A DNA stretch of 64,000 nt from Bordetella parapertussis (GCA_945864585.1 CAMBCF010000001.1:3825-67824); one strand, 5' to 3'; shown: positions 8,372 to 18,170, counted from the first letter of the stretch. Program-made: numbers and translations. Notes: generated by a model not told the origin, from the letters alone.

Positions 8372-9349
8372 CTACTCGTTGCGAATATTCGCAACCTTCG
8401 CCGCTTTCCCCCACTGCTCGCGCTCGGATTTCAGGAACGCCGTGAATTGCTCCGGTGAACTGCCGACGCCCTCGGTGCCGTCCAGCGCGAGGCGCGACGC
8501 CACTTCCGGTTTTTGCACCGCCTTCACCAATTCGCGATACAGCCTATCGACGATGGGCCGAGGCACGCCGCGCGGCGCCATCAGGCCGTGCCATTGTGTG
8601 ACCACATAACCGGGCACGCCGGCTTCAATCATCGTCGGCAGATCGGGCGCGGCTTTGGTGCGCGCGGCGCTGGCGATGGCGAGTGCGCGCAGTTTTTGCG
8701 AGCGCACCTGGCTGTAGACCGAGCCGCCGCTAAAAAAGCTCATTTGAATTTGTCCGGACAGCAACTCGGTCAGGGCCGCGCCGACGCCCTTGTAGGGCAC
8801 GTGCGTGAGCCTTGTGCCCGTCGCACTGGCGAGCAATTCGGTTGCCAAATGCGCCAATGATGCATTGCCGGTCGAGGCATAACTCAATTTCGTGGGATAG
8901 GCTTGCGCGTAGGCGACCAGTTCTTTCACCGATTTAACCGGCAGCGATGGATGCACGGTGAGGATGTAGGGGCTCGCGCCCACCTGGGATATGGCATCGA
9001 AATCGCGATAAATATCGTAGCGTGTCTTGTTGACGATGCCGTACACCACCAGGCTTGCCGACAGCATCATCAGGGTGTAGCCGTCCGCCGGCGCCAGCGC
9101 GGTAATCTCGGCGGCAATGCTGCCGCTGGCGCCCGCGCGATTGTCCACCACCACGCTTTGCCCAAGCGCTTCGGACATCGGCATGGCCGCCAGACGCGAC
9201 ACAAAATCAAGACCGCCGCCGGCGCCGGAAGAAACCGTCATGCGGATGGGTTTGGTGGGGTAGTTCGCGGTGGACTGTGCGGCGGCGTGCAGCGCGGCGA
9301 ACGCCAATGTCAGCGCCATGACCAGGCCAGTGTGTGCAGCAGCTTTCAA
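8372..9349 (-). CDS. Bug-family (TctC-like) substrate-binding protein
   Basis: YPTKPIRMTVSSGAGGGLD, LGQSVVVDNRAGASG. I prefer the TTG at 9349 (GGGAGA 7 nt upstream, gives a normal signal peptide) over the track start at 9430. Confidence 0.85.
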   Translation of the reverse strand: MKAAAHTGLVMALTLAFAALHAAAQSTANYPTKPIRMTVSSGAGGGLDFVSRLAAMPMSEALGQSVVVDNRAGASGSIAAEITALAPADGYTLMMLSASLVVYGIVNKTRYDIYRDFDAISQVGASPYILTVHPSLPVKSVKELVAYAQAYPTKLSYASTGNASLAHLATELLASATGTRLTHVPYKGVGAALTELLSGQIQMSFFSGGSVYSQVRSQKLRALAIASAARTKAAPDLPTMIEAGVPGYVVTQWHGLMAPRGVPRPIVDRLYRELVKAVQKPEVASRLALDGTEGVGSSPEQFTAFLKSEREQWGKAAKVANIRNE

Positions 9350-9447
9350 TTGAGCGTCTCCCGAAACATCACGTTTGCGCAATGGTAGGTGAAGGCTGCG
9401 CGGAAAACCAGATACAATTTCATAATTCACTGAAATAGGGAGCGCCG

Positions 9448-10224
9448 ATGTCCGCAGTGCCGGTATTTGCCGCAGGCAACTATCGCTTTATCAAAGCGGT
9501 GTTCCAGTATTCCGGCGGTGTCGCGGCCGAGCCGGGCTATGAGATTGAGCGCGCGCGGTTTTCCAGGCCGCTGCGGCTGGCGGACGCGTTTGCAGCAGTG
9601 GAGGCGCATTTCAAAAGCATCGCGCGGCCCAATACCGCGTTTGCCGCGTGCGAGTTGCGCTCGCCCGCGCCGTTTACCGAGCAGGGGTTTTACGACTTCA
9701 ATAAAGCGTATGTGACTACGCTCGAACGCTGGGGCATTTATCAAGGCGCTCACGGTAACGAGGGGCCGCTGAATCCGGTGGCGCGCACCAATGTATGTCC
9801 GATGTATGGCGCACCGGCTGAGGCGGTGATGGCGGCGTTTTCCTATACGGTGCCGGCGCCGCGCGGCGTATCGTCGCGCGGAACGTTCATACTCGCCGGT
9901 GGCGGCGAAGCGCGCGCGCAACGTGGCGCCGATGGTGAACGCATCGTACGCCTTCGCGACACCTCAACCGAAGGCCTGCGCGAAAAAGTGCTGTATGTGG
10001 TGGCGGAAATGGAGCGGCGTCTGAGTCTGCTGGGCTTTACCTGGGGGGACGCTGTTTCCACGCAGGCCTACACCGTGCAGAATATCGGACACTTGGTGGG
10101 TGAGGTGCTGGCAGCGCGTGGCGCGTGCGCGCAGGGCCTGACATGGCACTACGCACGGCCGCCGGTAATCGATCTGGAATTCGAGATGGATGTGCGCGGC
10201 GCGGTGCGCGAGATTATTTTGTAG
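9448..10224 (+). CDS. Conserved hypothetical protein with RidA/YjgF-like C-terminal half
   Basis: Good SD (GGGAG). The C-terminal ...PPVIDLEFEMDVRG resembles the RidA-fold terminus. Function is not assignable from sequence alone. Confidence 0.5.
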   Translation: MSAVPVFAAGNYRFIKAVFQYSGGVAAEPGYEIERARFSRPLRLADAFAAVEAHFKSIARPNTAFAACELRSPAPFTEQGFYDFNKAYVTTLERWGIYQGAHGNEGPLNPVARTNVCPMYGAPAEAVMAAFSYTVPAPRGVSSRGTFILAGGGEARAQRGADGERIVRLRDTSTEGLREKVLYVVAEMERRLSLLGFTWGDAVSTQAYTVQNIGHLVGEVLAARGACAQGLTWHYARPPVIDLEFEMDVRGAVREIIL

Positions 10225-10246
10225 CTTAACAACCAGCGGGGTATTT

Positions 10247-11068
10247 ATGCATCAGCTTACCAGCAACGTCTTCGTCGAAACGCAAATTCGCGGCTGCAAT
10301 CACGGCTTCGTGACCACGTCCGACGGCATCGTCCTGATCGACACGCCGCACAAGCCGAGCGACGCGGTGAAACTAAAAGCCGAGATCGCCCGGCGCGGCA
10401 AGTTGCGCTACATCATCAACACCGAACCGCACGGTGACCATTGGACCGGCAATGCGTTTTTTGATGTGCCGGTGATTGCTCACGAAGGCGTGCGCACGCG
10501 TATCCTCACTACCGATTTGCAGGCGCACGTGGCGCGCGTAGCCACCTTTGGCCCTGAAGAGCCGGGGTTGCTTGCGGGTTACCGCCCCAATGCCCCGATC
10601 ATCACCTTCAAGAACGGCATGACGCTGCACGTGGGCAATCACACTTTCGAGATGATCCACATGCCGGGGCATACCATGTCCCAGGCGGCAATCTGCGTCA
10701 AGGAGGAAGGAGTGGTGTTCACCAGCGACAATATTTTTCACAAGGTGCAGACCTGGCTGCAGGAGGCCAACCCGGACCTGTGGCTGATGTCGCTGGAATC
10801 ACTGCGCAAACTCAAGGAAGAAATATTTGTGCCTGGCCACGGCGCGATTTGCGGCAAGGATTACCTTAACGAACAAGGCGCCTTCATTCAGGAGTGGAAA
10901 ACGTACGTGAAAGACGGCATAGATCGCGGCATGACGCGCGACGAAGCGATTCTGCGCCTGACGGCAATGACTGACCGCTATCCGATGGATATTGGTCAGG
11001 ACGGCATGTCGCCTGCGGTGATGAAAATGAACGTAGGGAATTTGTATAACTATCTGACCGGGGCGTGA
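10247..11068 (+). CDS. MBL-fold metallo-hydrolase
   Basis: TEPHGDHWTGN (HxHxDH-type metal motif), MPGHT. Start taken at MHQLTSNVFVE (ATG 10247), downstream of the previous gene's stop. Confidence 0.85.
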   Translation: MHQLTSNVFVETQIRGCNHGFVTTSDGIVLIDTPHKPSDAVKLKAEIARRGKLRYIINTEPHGDHWTGNAFFDVPVIAHEGVRTRILTTDLQAHVARVATFGPEEPGLLAGYRPNAPIITFKNGMTLHVGNHTFEMIHMPGHTMSQAAICVKEEGVVFTSDNIFHKVQTWLQEANPDLWLMSLESLRKLKEEIFVPGHGAICGKDYLNEQGAFIQEWKTYVKDGIDRGMTRDEAILRLTAMTDRYPMDIGQDGMSPAVMKMNVGNLYNYLTGA

Positions 11069-11084
11069 ACGACGATGTGCGCTC

Positions 11085-11741
11085 ATGGCTGATCCGCCAG
11101 ACGCGACCCGTGTGTTATGGGGCATCGGCACCTCACGCACCCTGCGTGCACACTGGATATTGAGTGAACTGGATTTGCCTTATGAACGGCGGCCGATTAC
11201 TTCGCGTTCGGGTGCGACGCTGACGCCGCAGTACTCGCAGCTCAATCCCAGCCAGAAAATTCCCACGCTGCAGGACGGCGCTTTTGTGCTGACCGAAAGC
11301 GCGGCGATTGTGAATTACCTTGCCACGGCCTACGGTGCCGAGCGTGATCTGTGCCCGCCGGTGTCACCGCGCGAGCGCGCGCGCTACGATCAATGGTGTT
11401 TTTTTGCGATGATGGAACTAGATGCCAACACGCTGTATGTGATTCGCAAGCACGAGGACCTGCACGCTATCTACGGCGAGGCGCCGAATGCGCTGCAAGC
11501 CGCCCGCGATGGTTTTGCGCGCCAGGCGCGCGCCGCCGAACTGCGCCTCGCGGAGTGCGGGCCGTATGTGCTAGGCGAGAAATTCAGCGGCGCTGATATT
11601 TTGCTCACGACATGCCTGAGTGGCGCCATACGCCGCAAGATTGAATTGCCCGATGCGCTGCATGCGTATTTGCAGCGTACCACCGCGCGCGCGGCGTATC
11701 AGCGCGCTTTACAAATCAATCAGCGCAGCGCGGAAAGCTGA
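11085..11741 (+). CDS. Glutathione S-transferase family protein
   Basis: LNPSQKIPTLQDGAFVLTESAAIVNYLA is the GST N-domain motif. Confidence 0.85.
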   Translation: MADPPDATRVLWGIGTSRTLRAHWILSELDLPYERRPITSRSGATLTPQYSQLNPSQKIPTLQDGAFVLTESAAIVNYLATAYGAERDLCPPVSPRERARYDQWCFFAMMELDANTLYVIRKHEDLHAIYGEAPNALQAARDGFARQARAAELRLAECGPYVLGEKFSGADILLTTCLSGAIRRKIELPDALHAYLQRTTARAAYQRALQINQRSAES

Positions 11742-11746
11742 AAACG

Positions 11747-12220
11747 CTATTTTTTATCCGGATGATCCGCGCTCATGATGGCGCGGAAGGTGAGCACCGG
11801 AATCGACGAACGATGCAACACGCGGCTCGCTTCGCTGCCCATCAGCAGCGCGGCCAGGCCCTTGCGATGGCGCGCCGTCATCACAATCAGATCGCAGCCG
11901 CGCGCGTTGGCGGTATCGACAATCGCGTCGTACGGGTGATGGCCCTTGGCCACCAAAGTATCGCACGACACGCCGGCGACATCGGCGGCCTTCTGCACGA
12001 AGGCGAGAAAGCTTGCCGCCTGATCGCGCGCCTGCTTGTCCATCTGCTCTTCCATGCCCGGTGGCACCATGCCTTCGGAAGCCATCATCATCTGATAATC
12101 CTGCATCACGTGGATGCCGGTGACTTTGGCGCCGCACAATTTTGCCAGCTCGATTCCGCGCTCCATCGCGCGCTCGGAATGGGCTGACCCATCCGTAGGC
12201 ATCAATATATGTTTAAACAT
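11747..12220 (-). CDS. Universal stress protein (UspA family)
   Basis: MFKHILMPTDGSAHSERA...DLIVMTARHRKGLAALLMGSEASRVLHRSSIPVL. Strong SD GAGGAGGG. Confidence 0.9.
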   Translation of the reverse strand: MFKHILMPTDGSAHSERAMERGIELAKLCGAKVTGIHVMQDYQMMMASEGMVPPGMEEQMDKQARDQAASFLAFVQKAADVAGVSCDTLVAKGHHPYDAIVDTANARGCDLIVMTARHRKGLAALLMGSEASRVLHRSSIPVLTFRAIMSADHPDKK

Positions 12221-12352
12221 AGACCCTCCTCAAGATCATGACTCAACACACTGCGTGACCTGTCTGCCAGAGTACGATTGCCTGAGCACCTTACCAGCAA
12301 TCCGTGGACTTGGCAGCAATATATGGGGACTCCGCTGGTGGGCCGTTTCGCT

Positions 12353-13375
12353 TCAGTCTGCCTTGGCCCCCGACAGTTTGACTACTTTAGCCCATTTGCT
12401 GATTTCCACGCGCAAAAAAGCGCTAAACGTATCCGGCGTATTGGCCGGTGCGGGTTCGAGGCCCACTTGGCCCAGCACGCGCACGACTTCGGCATGGGCC
12501 AACGCCTGCGTAATGTCGGCGTGCAGGCGCGGGATGATCTCCGGCGGCGTGCCTGTGCGCACCACCACGCCATACCAGCCGGTGACCTCAAAACCCTTGA
12601 GCCCGGCCTCGGCAAAGGTGGGTAATTCCGGCAGCAAGGTCGAGCGCGTTGCACTGGTAATCGCCAGCGCGCGCAGCCGTTTGGCCTGGAGTTGCGGTAC
12701 TACCGATGACAGACTCAGGAACGCAAGATCAATATGACCGCCGAGTAAATCCGTCACCGACGCGCCAGCGCCTTTGTAGGGAATGTGCGTGATATTCACA
12801 CCCGCCATGGTTTTGAACAACTCCCCGCTGAGGTGTGGCGTGGTGCCGTTGCCCGATGACGCGTAATTGAGTTGTCCCGGTTTTGTTTTCGCCAGCGCAA
12901 TGAATTCTTTTAACGTTTGCGCGGGCACCGACGGATGGACCACCAGCACGTTCGCACCCGTAGCCGCCAGCGTAACTGCCGTGAAATCGCGCAGCGGATC
13001 GTAAGTAAGTTTCTTGTAGAGGCTGACGTTGACGGTGAACGCGGGCTGTGCCATCAGCAAGGTGTAACCATCGGCGGGCGCCAGTGCCGCCGCCTCAAAC
13101 CCCACATTGCTGCCGCCGCCAGGCCGGTTATCCACCACCACTTGTTGCCCCCATATGACTGCGAGCCGCTGCGCCAGTGTGCGCGCGAGGATGTCGGTAG
13201 CGCCGCCGGGTGTGACCGGCACAATGATTCTAACGGTACGGGTCGGATAGCTCCCGAGTGAGCTAGCCGGAGCGTTTTGGGCATGCACTGACGCACAGCA
13301 CAACGCCAGCAATAATCCGCCAACGGCGCTTGCCGTGCGCGAGCGTGCGAATTTTCGTATCGACGATGAATACAT
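12353..13375 (-). CDS. Bug-family (TctC-like) substrate-binding protein
   Basis: YPTRTVRIIVPVTPGGATD, WGQQVVVDNRPGGG, LNYASSGNGTTPHLSGE. Confidence 0.9.
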   Translation of the reverse strand: MYSSSIRKFARSRTASAVGGLLLALCCASVHAQNAPASSLGSYPTRTVRIIVPVTPGGATDILARTLAQRLAVIWGQQVVVDNRPGGGSNVGFEAAALAPADGYTLLMAQPAFTVNVSLYKKLTYDPLRDFTAVTLAATGANVLVVHPSVPAQTLKEFIALAKTKPGQLNYASSGNGTTPHLSGELFKTMAGVNITHIPYKGAGASVTDLLGGHIDLAFLSLSSVVPQLQAKRLRALAITSATRSTLLPELPTFAEAGLKGFEVTGWYGVVVRTGTPPEIIPRLHADITQALAHAEVVRVLGQVGLEPAPANTPDTFSAFLRVEISKWAKVVKLSGAKAD

Positions 13376-13502
13376 GCCTGTAGTTTGTCTCGGAAGCGTA
13401 GTCGCAGCAACCTTGAATTCATGCCTGGCGTACCGTACTAATGTCTCGTTGCGTCAGGAAAGGGAGCAGCACAATGGAAAATATCAATTGTTGCGCCGGT
13501 GA

Positions 13503-14876
13503 CTATGGCGCGCACCCCGCCATCAATGCCTTAGCCGGCACGCTCTCCAGCCGTTCGAGCAATTCCTTCAGCGCTTGCGCACGCGCCGTGCCCAGTACGG
13601 CGCCGGCCAGCTTGTCGAATTTGGCGTCGAGCCGGGCGCCCTGCGCGGCGATGTCGGTTTCCGGAATGCTGGCGTCGTACGCGGCTTGCAACCGCCGGCC
13701 GTCACTGGTTTCGACTATAACTTCGGATTTCAGCGTGTGCTGGGGCCAGCCTTCGCGCACCAGTTCCACCGTCACCTTGTCGCGCATCGCCACCAGCGCG
13801 GCATCCGCGCAGCTTGCTTCGCTGTAGGTGTCGAGGCCGGCGGTATCCATTCCGAGCAGTGCTGCGGCCGCCATGAAACGCAGGCTGAATTTGGCTTCGA
13901 GGCCGGTGCGCGGATTCTGGATGTTGCACATGCTGTCGGCACTCTGCGCTACACGCACCACCGCGCGGCGGATCGCGCTGGCCGCAAACGCGTGACTCAC
14001 GCGCAGGTTACGTATGCACTCAACCGCCGAGTGCGTGCCGTAGCAGGCGGCGTGGTACTTGAACAGGTTGTCGCGAATGAAGTAGCGTTGCGGATCGGCC
14101 AGTGCTGCAGCGGGCTGAAAATCCGGGCTCAGCGTGGCGGCGAATCCACCGCGGCATTCGAGCATATCGATGCGGCTTTCCATGCCGCGCGCCGCCAGCA
14201 GCGTGGCGCGCAAACCGTTTTGTGCCGCGACACCCGCGTGAAACGGTTTGCACTGCGTGCCAAACTGGCTTTTGAGTCCCGAGGCTTGGGTGGCAGCGAT
14301 ACCGATGGCGCGTGCCGCCGCGTTGGCGTCCAGCCGCAGCAGGCGTGCGCAGCCTGCCGCGGCCGCTATCACGCCGATGGTGCAGGTGTTGTGGTAGCCG
14401 CGCGCATAGTGCCCCGGCGCCACCAGCAGGCCCACCCGCGCCGCGGTCTCGTAGCCTGCGACGAAGGCTGCGATAAGCTCCGCGCCACTGGCGTCACGCG
14501 TTTCCGCCAGCGCCAGCAGGGCGGGCAGTATCGCTGCGGTAGGGTGGCCGGTCATGCCGGTGTTGACATCGTCGTAGTCGAGCACATGCCCGGCGGCGCC
14601 GTTGATCAGCGCGGCCTGCAAGGGCGCAACGCGCTCGTGTTGCGCGACCATTGCGCAAGCGGGATAACCGCCTTCGTCCTGCGCCGCGCCGGTGAGGATG
14701 CGTATCAGCGGATCACTCGCCCCCGCCAGCGCCACCCCCATCCAGTCGAGCACGCAGCGGCGCGCGGCTTCGCGCACGTCAGCGGGTAGCCGCGCGGTGT
14801 CGCGTGCCAGTGCCCACTCGACCAGGGTTGCGGTGACAGCGGTAGCTTGTGTTTGCGTGGCTATTACAGCGGACAT
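13503..14876 (-). CDS. MmgE/PrpD family protein (2-methylcitrate dehydratase-like fold)
   Basis: 457 aa. ...GHVLDYDDV...GHPTAAILPALLA... are typical MmgE/PrpD N-domain motifs. Confidence 0.9.
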   Translation of the reverse strand: MSAVIATQTQATAVTATLVEWALARDTARLPADVREAARRCVLDWMGVALAGASDPLIRILTGAAQDEGGYPACAMVAQHERVAPLQAALINGAAGHVLDYDDVNTGMTGHPTAAILPALLALAETRDASGAELIAAFVAGYETAARVGLLVAPGHYARGYHNTCTIGVIAAAAGCARLLRLDANAAARAIGIAATQASGLKSQFGTQCKPFHAGVAAQNGLRATLLAARGMESRIDMLECRGGFAATLSPDFQPAAALADPQRYFIRDNLFKYHAACYGTHSAVECIRNLRVSHAFAASAIRRAVVRVAQSADSMCNIQNPRTGLEAKFSLRFMAAAALLGMDTAGLDTYSEASCADAALVAMRDKVTVELVREGWPQHTLKSEVIVETSDGRRLQAAYDASIPETDIAAQGARLDAKFDKLAGAVLGTARAQALKELLERLESVPAKALMAGCAP

Positions 14877-14892
14877 GATTTTCCTTAAGAAA

Positions 14893-14912
14893 TTATTAAA
14901 AACAAATGCTTA
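14893..14912 (-). promoter_or_regulatory. AT-rich box copy 3 (TAAGCATTTGTTTTTAATAA on minus strand)
   Basis: Its TAA is the stop of the EamA remnant. The box lies about 17 nt upstream of the MmgE/PrpD ATG. Confidence 0.5.
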
Positions 14913-15074
14913 TGTGGCCTTCGTGGCCTTCGTGCTTTGTGGCCGGACACGGATCATCAACACACCGGCCAGCACCAGGCCCGCACCCATCAACTGTATC
15001 AGTGTAATGCGCTCTGCCGAAAAAATCCGCCCGAAAATCATCGTCGACAGCGGCCCGATGCAGCCAGGTCTTTG
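14910..15074 (-). pseudogene. C-terminal remnant of an EamA/DMT-family transporter
   Basis: An alternative reverse frame reads ...GPLSTMIFGRIFSAERITLIQLMGAGLVLAGVLMIRVRPQSTKATKAT*. This is the last TM helices of the EamA fold. An in-frame stop lies upstream, so only about 54 codons remain. Confidence 0.55.
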
Positions 15075-15109
15075 TCAGGCTGGTCTTGAGCCTGGCATCG
15101 CTGAATTTC

Positions 15110-16852
15110 ATGCACGGATTTTACCTTGTATACTCCTCTCCTCCGGGAGCATGCCAACCAGTCGAAAGTACAATTGTGACAAACGAAACCGAACTGCATG
15201 TCTACGATGTTCTTGCGAAGGCCTTCATCCAGGAGGGCGTGCGCACCTGTTTTACGCTGATGGGTGATGCAAACATGAACTGGGCGGCCCGATTGGCCCA
15301 GCAGGGATGCCGCATGGTCTACGTCAGGCACGAACATTGCGCGGTCGCAGCCGCGATGGCCTATGCGCGCAAGACGTCGGAAGTGGGCGTTGCAACGGTC
15401 ACCTGCGGACCTGGCGTCACGCAATTGATCACGGCGCTCCCGGCGGCGGTGCGCGCGCATCTGTCGATGGTGGTGTTTGCCGGAGAGTCGCCGCTTAAGA
15501 TGGGTTGGTACAACCAGGAGCTCAATCAGGGGCCTATCATCACGGCAACGGGCGCGGCCTACCATCCCCTGCATCTGCCCGAGCGCATGCCGGTTGCGAT
15601 TCGTGATGCGTTCCTGCAGGCGCGCCGTGAACGCCGCCCGGTAGTGCTCGGCGTTCCGTTCGATCTGCAGGAACGTCCCTGGATCGGACCGCAGACCTTG
15701 CCGACGCCCTCGCACCAATTACTGCCGCGCATGTCGCCAATGCCACCGCATCCGGACGACGTGGCGAAGGCAGCGCAACTGGTTGCATCTGCCGAGCGCG
15801 TGGTGATCTTTGCCGGCCTGGGGGCGGTTGAAGCCAAAGCGGGGCCCGCGTGCCGCGCGCTGGCGGCAAAGACGGGCGCGCTGCTGACCACGTCGCTGCC
15901 CGCGCGGGGACTGTTCCACCAGGATCCTTACTGCATCGGCATCTCGGGCAGTTTCTCCACCGAGGCCGGGCTCGAGTACCTGGCGCAGGCCGACCTCGTC
16001 ATCGTGGTCGGCGGCTCCCTTGCTTTCCATGCCGGCGGCGGCGGTCAGCTCTGGCGCAAGGCGCAGATGCTGCACATCGACATCGATCCCGTCGCGGTGA
16101 ACCAGGGCCAGGAAGTGGCGCGCAACCACTTGCGCGCCGACGCGCGGCTGGGCGTGGAGGCACTGACGGCGGCATTGCCGGAGCGCAGCAATAAGTGGCG
16201 CACGGAGGCCATGGCCGCGCGCATCCGCGATACCAAGCCCGACAGCCATGTATTCGAGATCGAGCCGGAACTGCTGGACCCGCGCGACGTGGTCGCATCA
16301 CTCGAGAAAGCGTTGCCCACGGACTGGGAGCTGGTGAACTCCGGAGGCCACTGCTCGTGGTTCTTTGCGCAGATGCCGTCGCGCCCGAACGAACGTTTCC
16401 TCACCATCCGTGAGTTCGGCGCGATCGGCAACGGCATCTCATACGCCATGGGCGTGGCGGCGGCCCGACCGGACCGACCCGTGGTGCTGTTCGATGGTGA
16501 CGGCAGCCTGACGATGCATATCCAGGAATTCGAAACCATCAAACGTCACGGATTGAACATCCTGGTCATAGTCATAAACGACGGCGCCTACGGTTCCGAG
16601 GTGCACAAGCTGCGCTCGGAAGGGCTACCCGACACCGGGTCGGTGTTCGGCCGCCCCGATTTTGCCGCCATCGCGCGCGGCTTCGGGCTCGAAGGAAAAA
16701 CGTTCAAGAGCCTGGCCGATATACCCAAGCTGGTGCAGGAGTTCGCCAACAAGGGCGGCGCTGCCGTGTGGGACTTCCACGTGTCAGACCGAGTCGTGTC
16801 GCCGACAATCCGCCGCGCGCACCCAGCCAAGCACGCGGCGAAACACGCATAG
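15110..16852 (+). CDS. Thiamine-diphosphate-dependent enzyme (acetolactate synthase / benzoylformate decarboxylase-like)
   Basis: N-terminal Pyr domain (VTCGPGVTQL) and C-terminal GDGSLTM...NDGAYG TPP-binding motif. The start is uncertain: TTG 15086, ATG 15110 or GTG 15176. Confidence 0.85.
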   Translation: MHGFYLVYSSPPGACQPVESTIVTNETELHVYDVLAKAFIQEGVRTCFTLMGDANMNWAARLAQQGCRMVYVRHEHCAVAAAMAYARKTSEVGVATVTCGPGVTQLITALPAAVRAHLSMVVFAGESPLKMGWYNQELNQGPIITATGAAYHPLHLPERMPVAIRDAFLQARRERRPVVLGVPFDLQERPWIGPQTLPTPSHQLLPRMSPMPPHPDDVAKAAQLVASAERVVIFAGLGAVEAKAGPACRALAAKTGALLTTSLPARGLFHQDPYCIGISGSFSTEAGLEYLAQADLVIVVGGSLAFHAGGGGQLWRKAQMLHIDIDPVAVNQGQEVARNHLRADARLGVEALTAALPERSNKWRTEAMAARIRDTKPDSHVFEIEPELLDPRDVVASLEKALPTDWELVNSGGHCSWFFAQMPSRPNERFLTIREFGAIGNGISYAMGVAAARPDRPVVLFDGDGSLTMHIQEFETIKRHGLNILVIVINDGAYGSEVHKLRSEGLPDTGSVFGRPDFAAIARGFGLEGKTFKSLADIPKLVQEFANKGGAAVWDFHVSDRVVSPTIRRAHPAKHAAKHA

Positions 16853-16860
16853 GCGTAGAG

Positions 16861-17976
16861 CTAGCCAGAGCCGAGCACACGTTTTTTCACCGCCTGCGGC
16901 AAACCCTCGAGGTCCATGTCCGCCAGCGACGGCCTGCACTGCCACGGGTCGACGCCGAGCAGCACGCCGAGGATCTCCGCGAACGCGCGGTGCAGCGGCG
17001 TCGCGATTCCCGCCTGATCGGCAAGCCGCACGCAGGGCACGATGGCGTAGGGCAAATCGTCCGCTGCCCACACGCGCCAGATGTCGGGGTGGAAGGGCGG
17101 GAAAGACTTGTAGACTGGATTGTGCATGGCCTCGTAGAAAGTGCTACTGGTGTAGCCGTAGTATTGCTCGATCGCCTTCGCCATCGGTGTGTGCTCTACG
17201 CCGTAGGCCTCGCACACCAGCTTGCGTTCGGCATCCAGCGCGTCGCCGAGCACGCCCGCCGCCGGCACCACGCCCTCCTGATAAAAGCCGAATTGCCTGC
17301 CGTCGAGCTTCGCGCGTTCCATCGCGCCGACGTTCGGCAGCACCATCGCCGGATGCACGATCAGATTCAGGTTCTCCAGCCCGGTCTGCATCACCGACGT
17401 TGCCACCTCGAAATCGGGAAACACGGGCTTCAGCACCGCCAGCGCTTCGTTCGCCCGTGAAGCCGGCACCGTCGCGATGCGTATGCCCTTGCGCAGTCCC
17501 TTGGGTGTCACCACCGTGCCGTTGGTGCGCGCGGCATGTGTCGGTGCGGGCGCTTCGGTCACCAGCACGTCTTCGCGGCCGGCCTTACGCAACAGCGGTG
17601 TAAGGCGCGCAGCCGGCCAGTAGCCGTGGCTTTGCACATGCACCACGGCGCCGCGCGCGAACTCGGGAATCATCGCGCTGAACTTCGCTTCGAGCTGACG
17701 GATGTCAACTTCGATCAGCACAGCCTCGGCATCCTTCAATGCCTCCGCCGTGGTGTCGCAAATCCTTGCCAGTTTGGCGAAGCCGGTCTTCTTCGAGATC
17801 AGGTGTTCCGCTCCGCCGTCGATGGTGAATCCTCCCGCTTCGCGTACGCCCGGAAGCTGATCCTTCTGCTCCGCAAAGACCGTGAAGCTAACCTCGTGGC
17901 CCGACAAGGTGAAATCCGCCGCGCACACAGCGCCGATCGCGCGCGCGGTATTGCCGATGACTGCGATTCTTGACAT
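16861..17976 (-). CDS. NAD(P)-dependent octopine/nopaline (opine) dehydrogenase-family oxidoreductase
   Basis: N-terminal Rossmann MSRIAVIGNTARAIG. The length and C-terminal helical domain are consistent with the opine dehydrogenase family. Assignment is by resemblance only. Confidence 0.65.
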   Translation of the reverse strand: MSRIAVIGNTARAIGAVCAADFTLSGHEVSFTVFAEQKDQLPGVREAGGFTIDGGAEHLISKKTGFAKLARICDTTAEALKDAEAVLIEVDIRQLEAKFSAMIPEFARGAVVHVQSHGYWPAARLTPLLRKAGREDVLVTEAPAPTHAARTNGTVVTPKGLRKGIRIATVPASRANEALAVLKPVFPDFEVATSVMQTGLENLNLIVHPAMVLPNVGAMERAKLDGRQFGFYQEGVVPAAGVLGDALDAERKLVCEAYGVEHTPMAKAIEQYYGYTSSTFYEAMHNPVYKSFPPFHPDIWRVWAADDLPYAIVPCVRLADQAGIATPLHRAFAEILGVLLGVDPWQCRPSLADMDLEGLPQAVKKRVLGSG

Positions 17977-18170
17977 GCAACTGCTCCTTGATAAGGTCGT
18001 TAATGATAAGGGTCAGGATGGCACATGTTCAAGCGCGATGTCGCCGTGCGCCTTCACCCGCGAGCGCGCCGTCGACCCCTTCCGCTGGACCAACGATCTG
18101 AGCGACACTACAAGGGCGATGCTGATGCATCGGCACCCGCGCCCGGTCGCGGATTGAGGCCGGTGTACTT

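Noticed and set aside
8190-8609. 74-aa and 130-aa ORFs across the 8.3-kb spacer
   Set aside because: They read through REP-like repeats (GTLEAEQ / PHPNPLLRFKCSL) and overlap the end of the Bug gene on the other strand.
13575-14789. 404-aa plus-strand ORF
   Set aside because: It is antisense to the MmgE/PrpD gene.
16662-17603. 313-aa and 230-aa plus-strand ORFs rich in Arg/Pro/Ala
   Set aside because: They overlap the end of the TPP-enzyme gene and lie antisense to the opine-dehydrogenase-like gene. Their low-complexity composition also argues against them.
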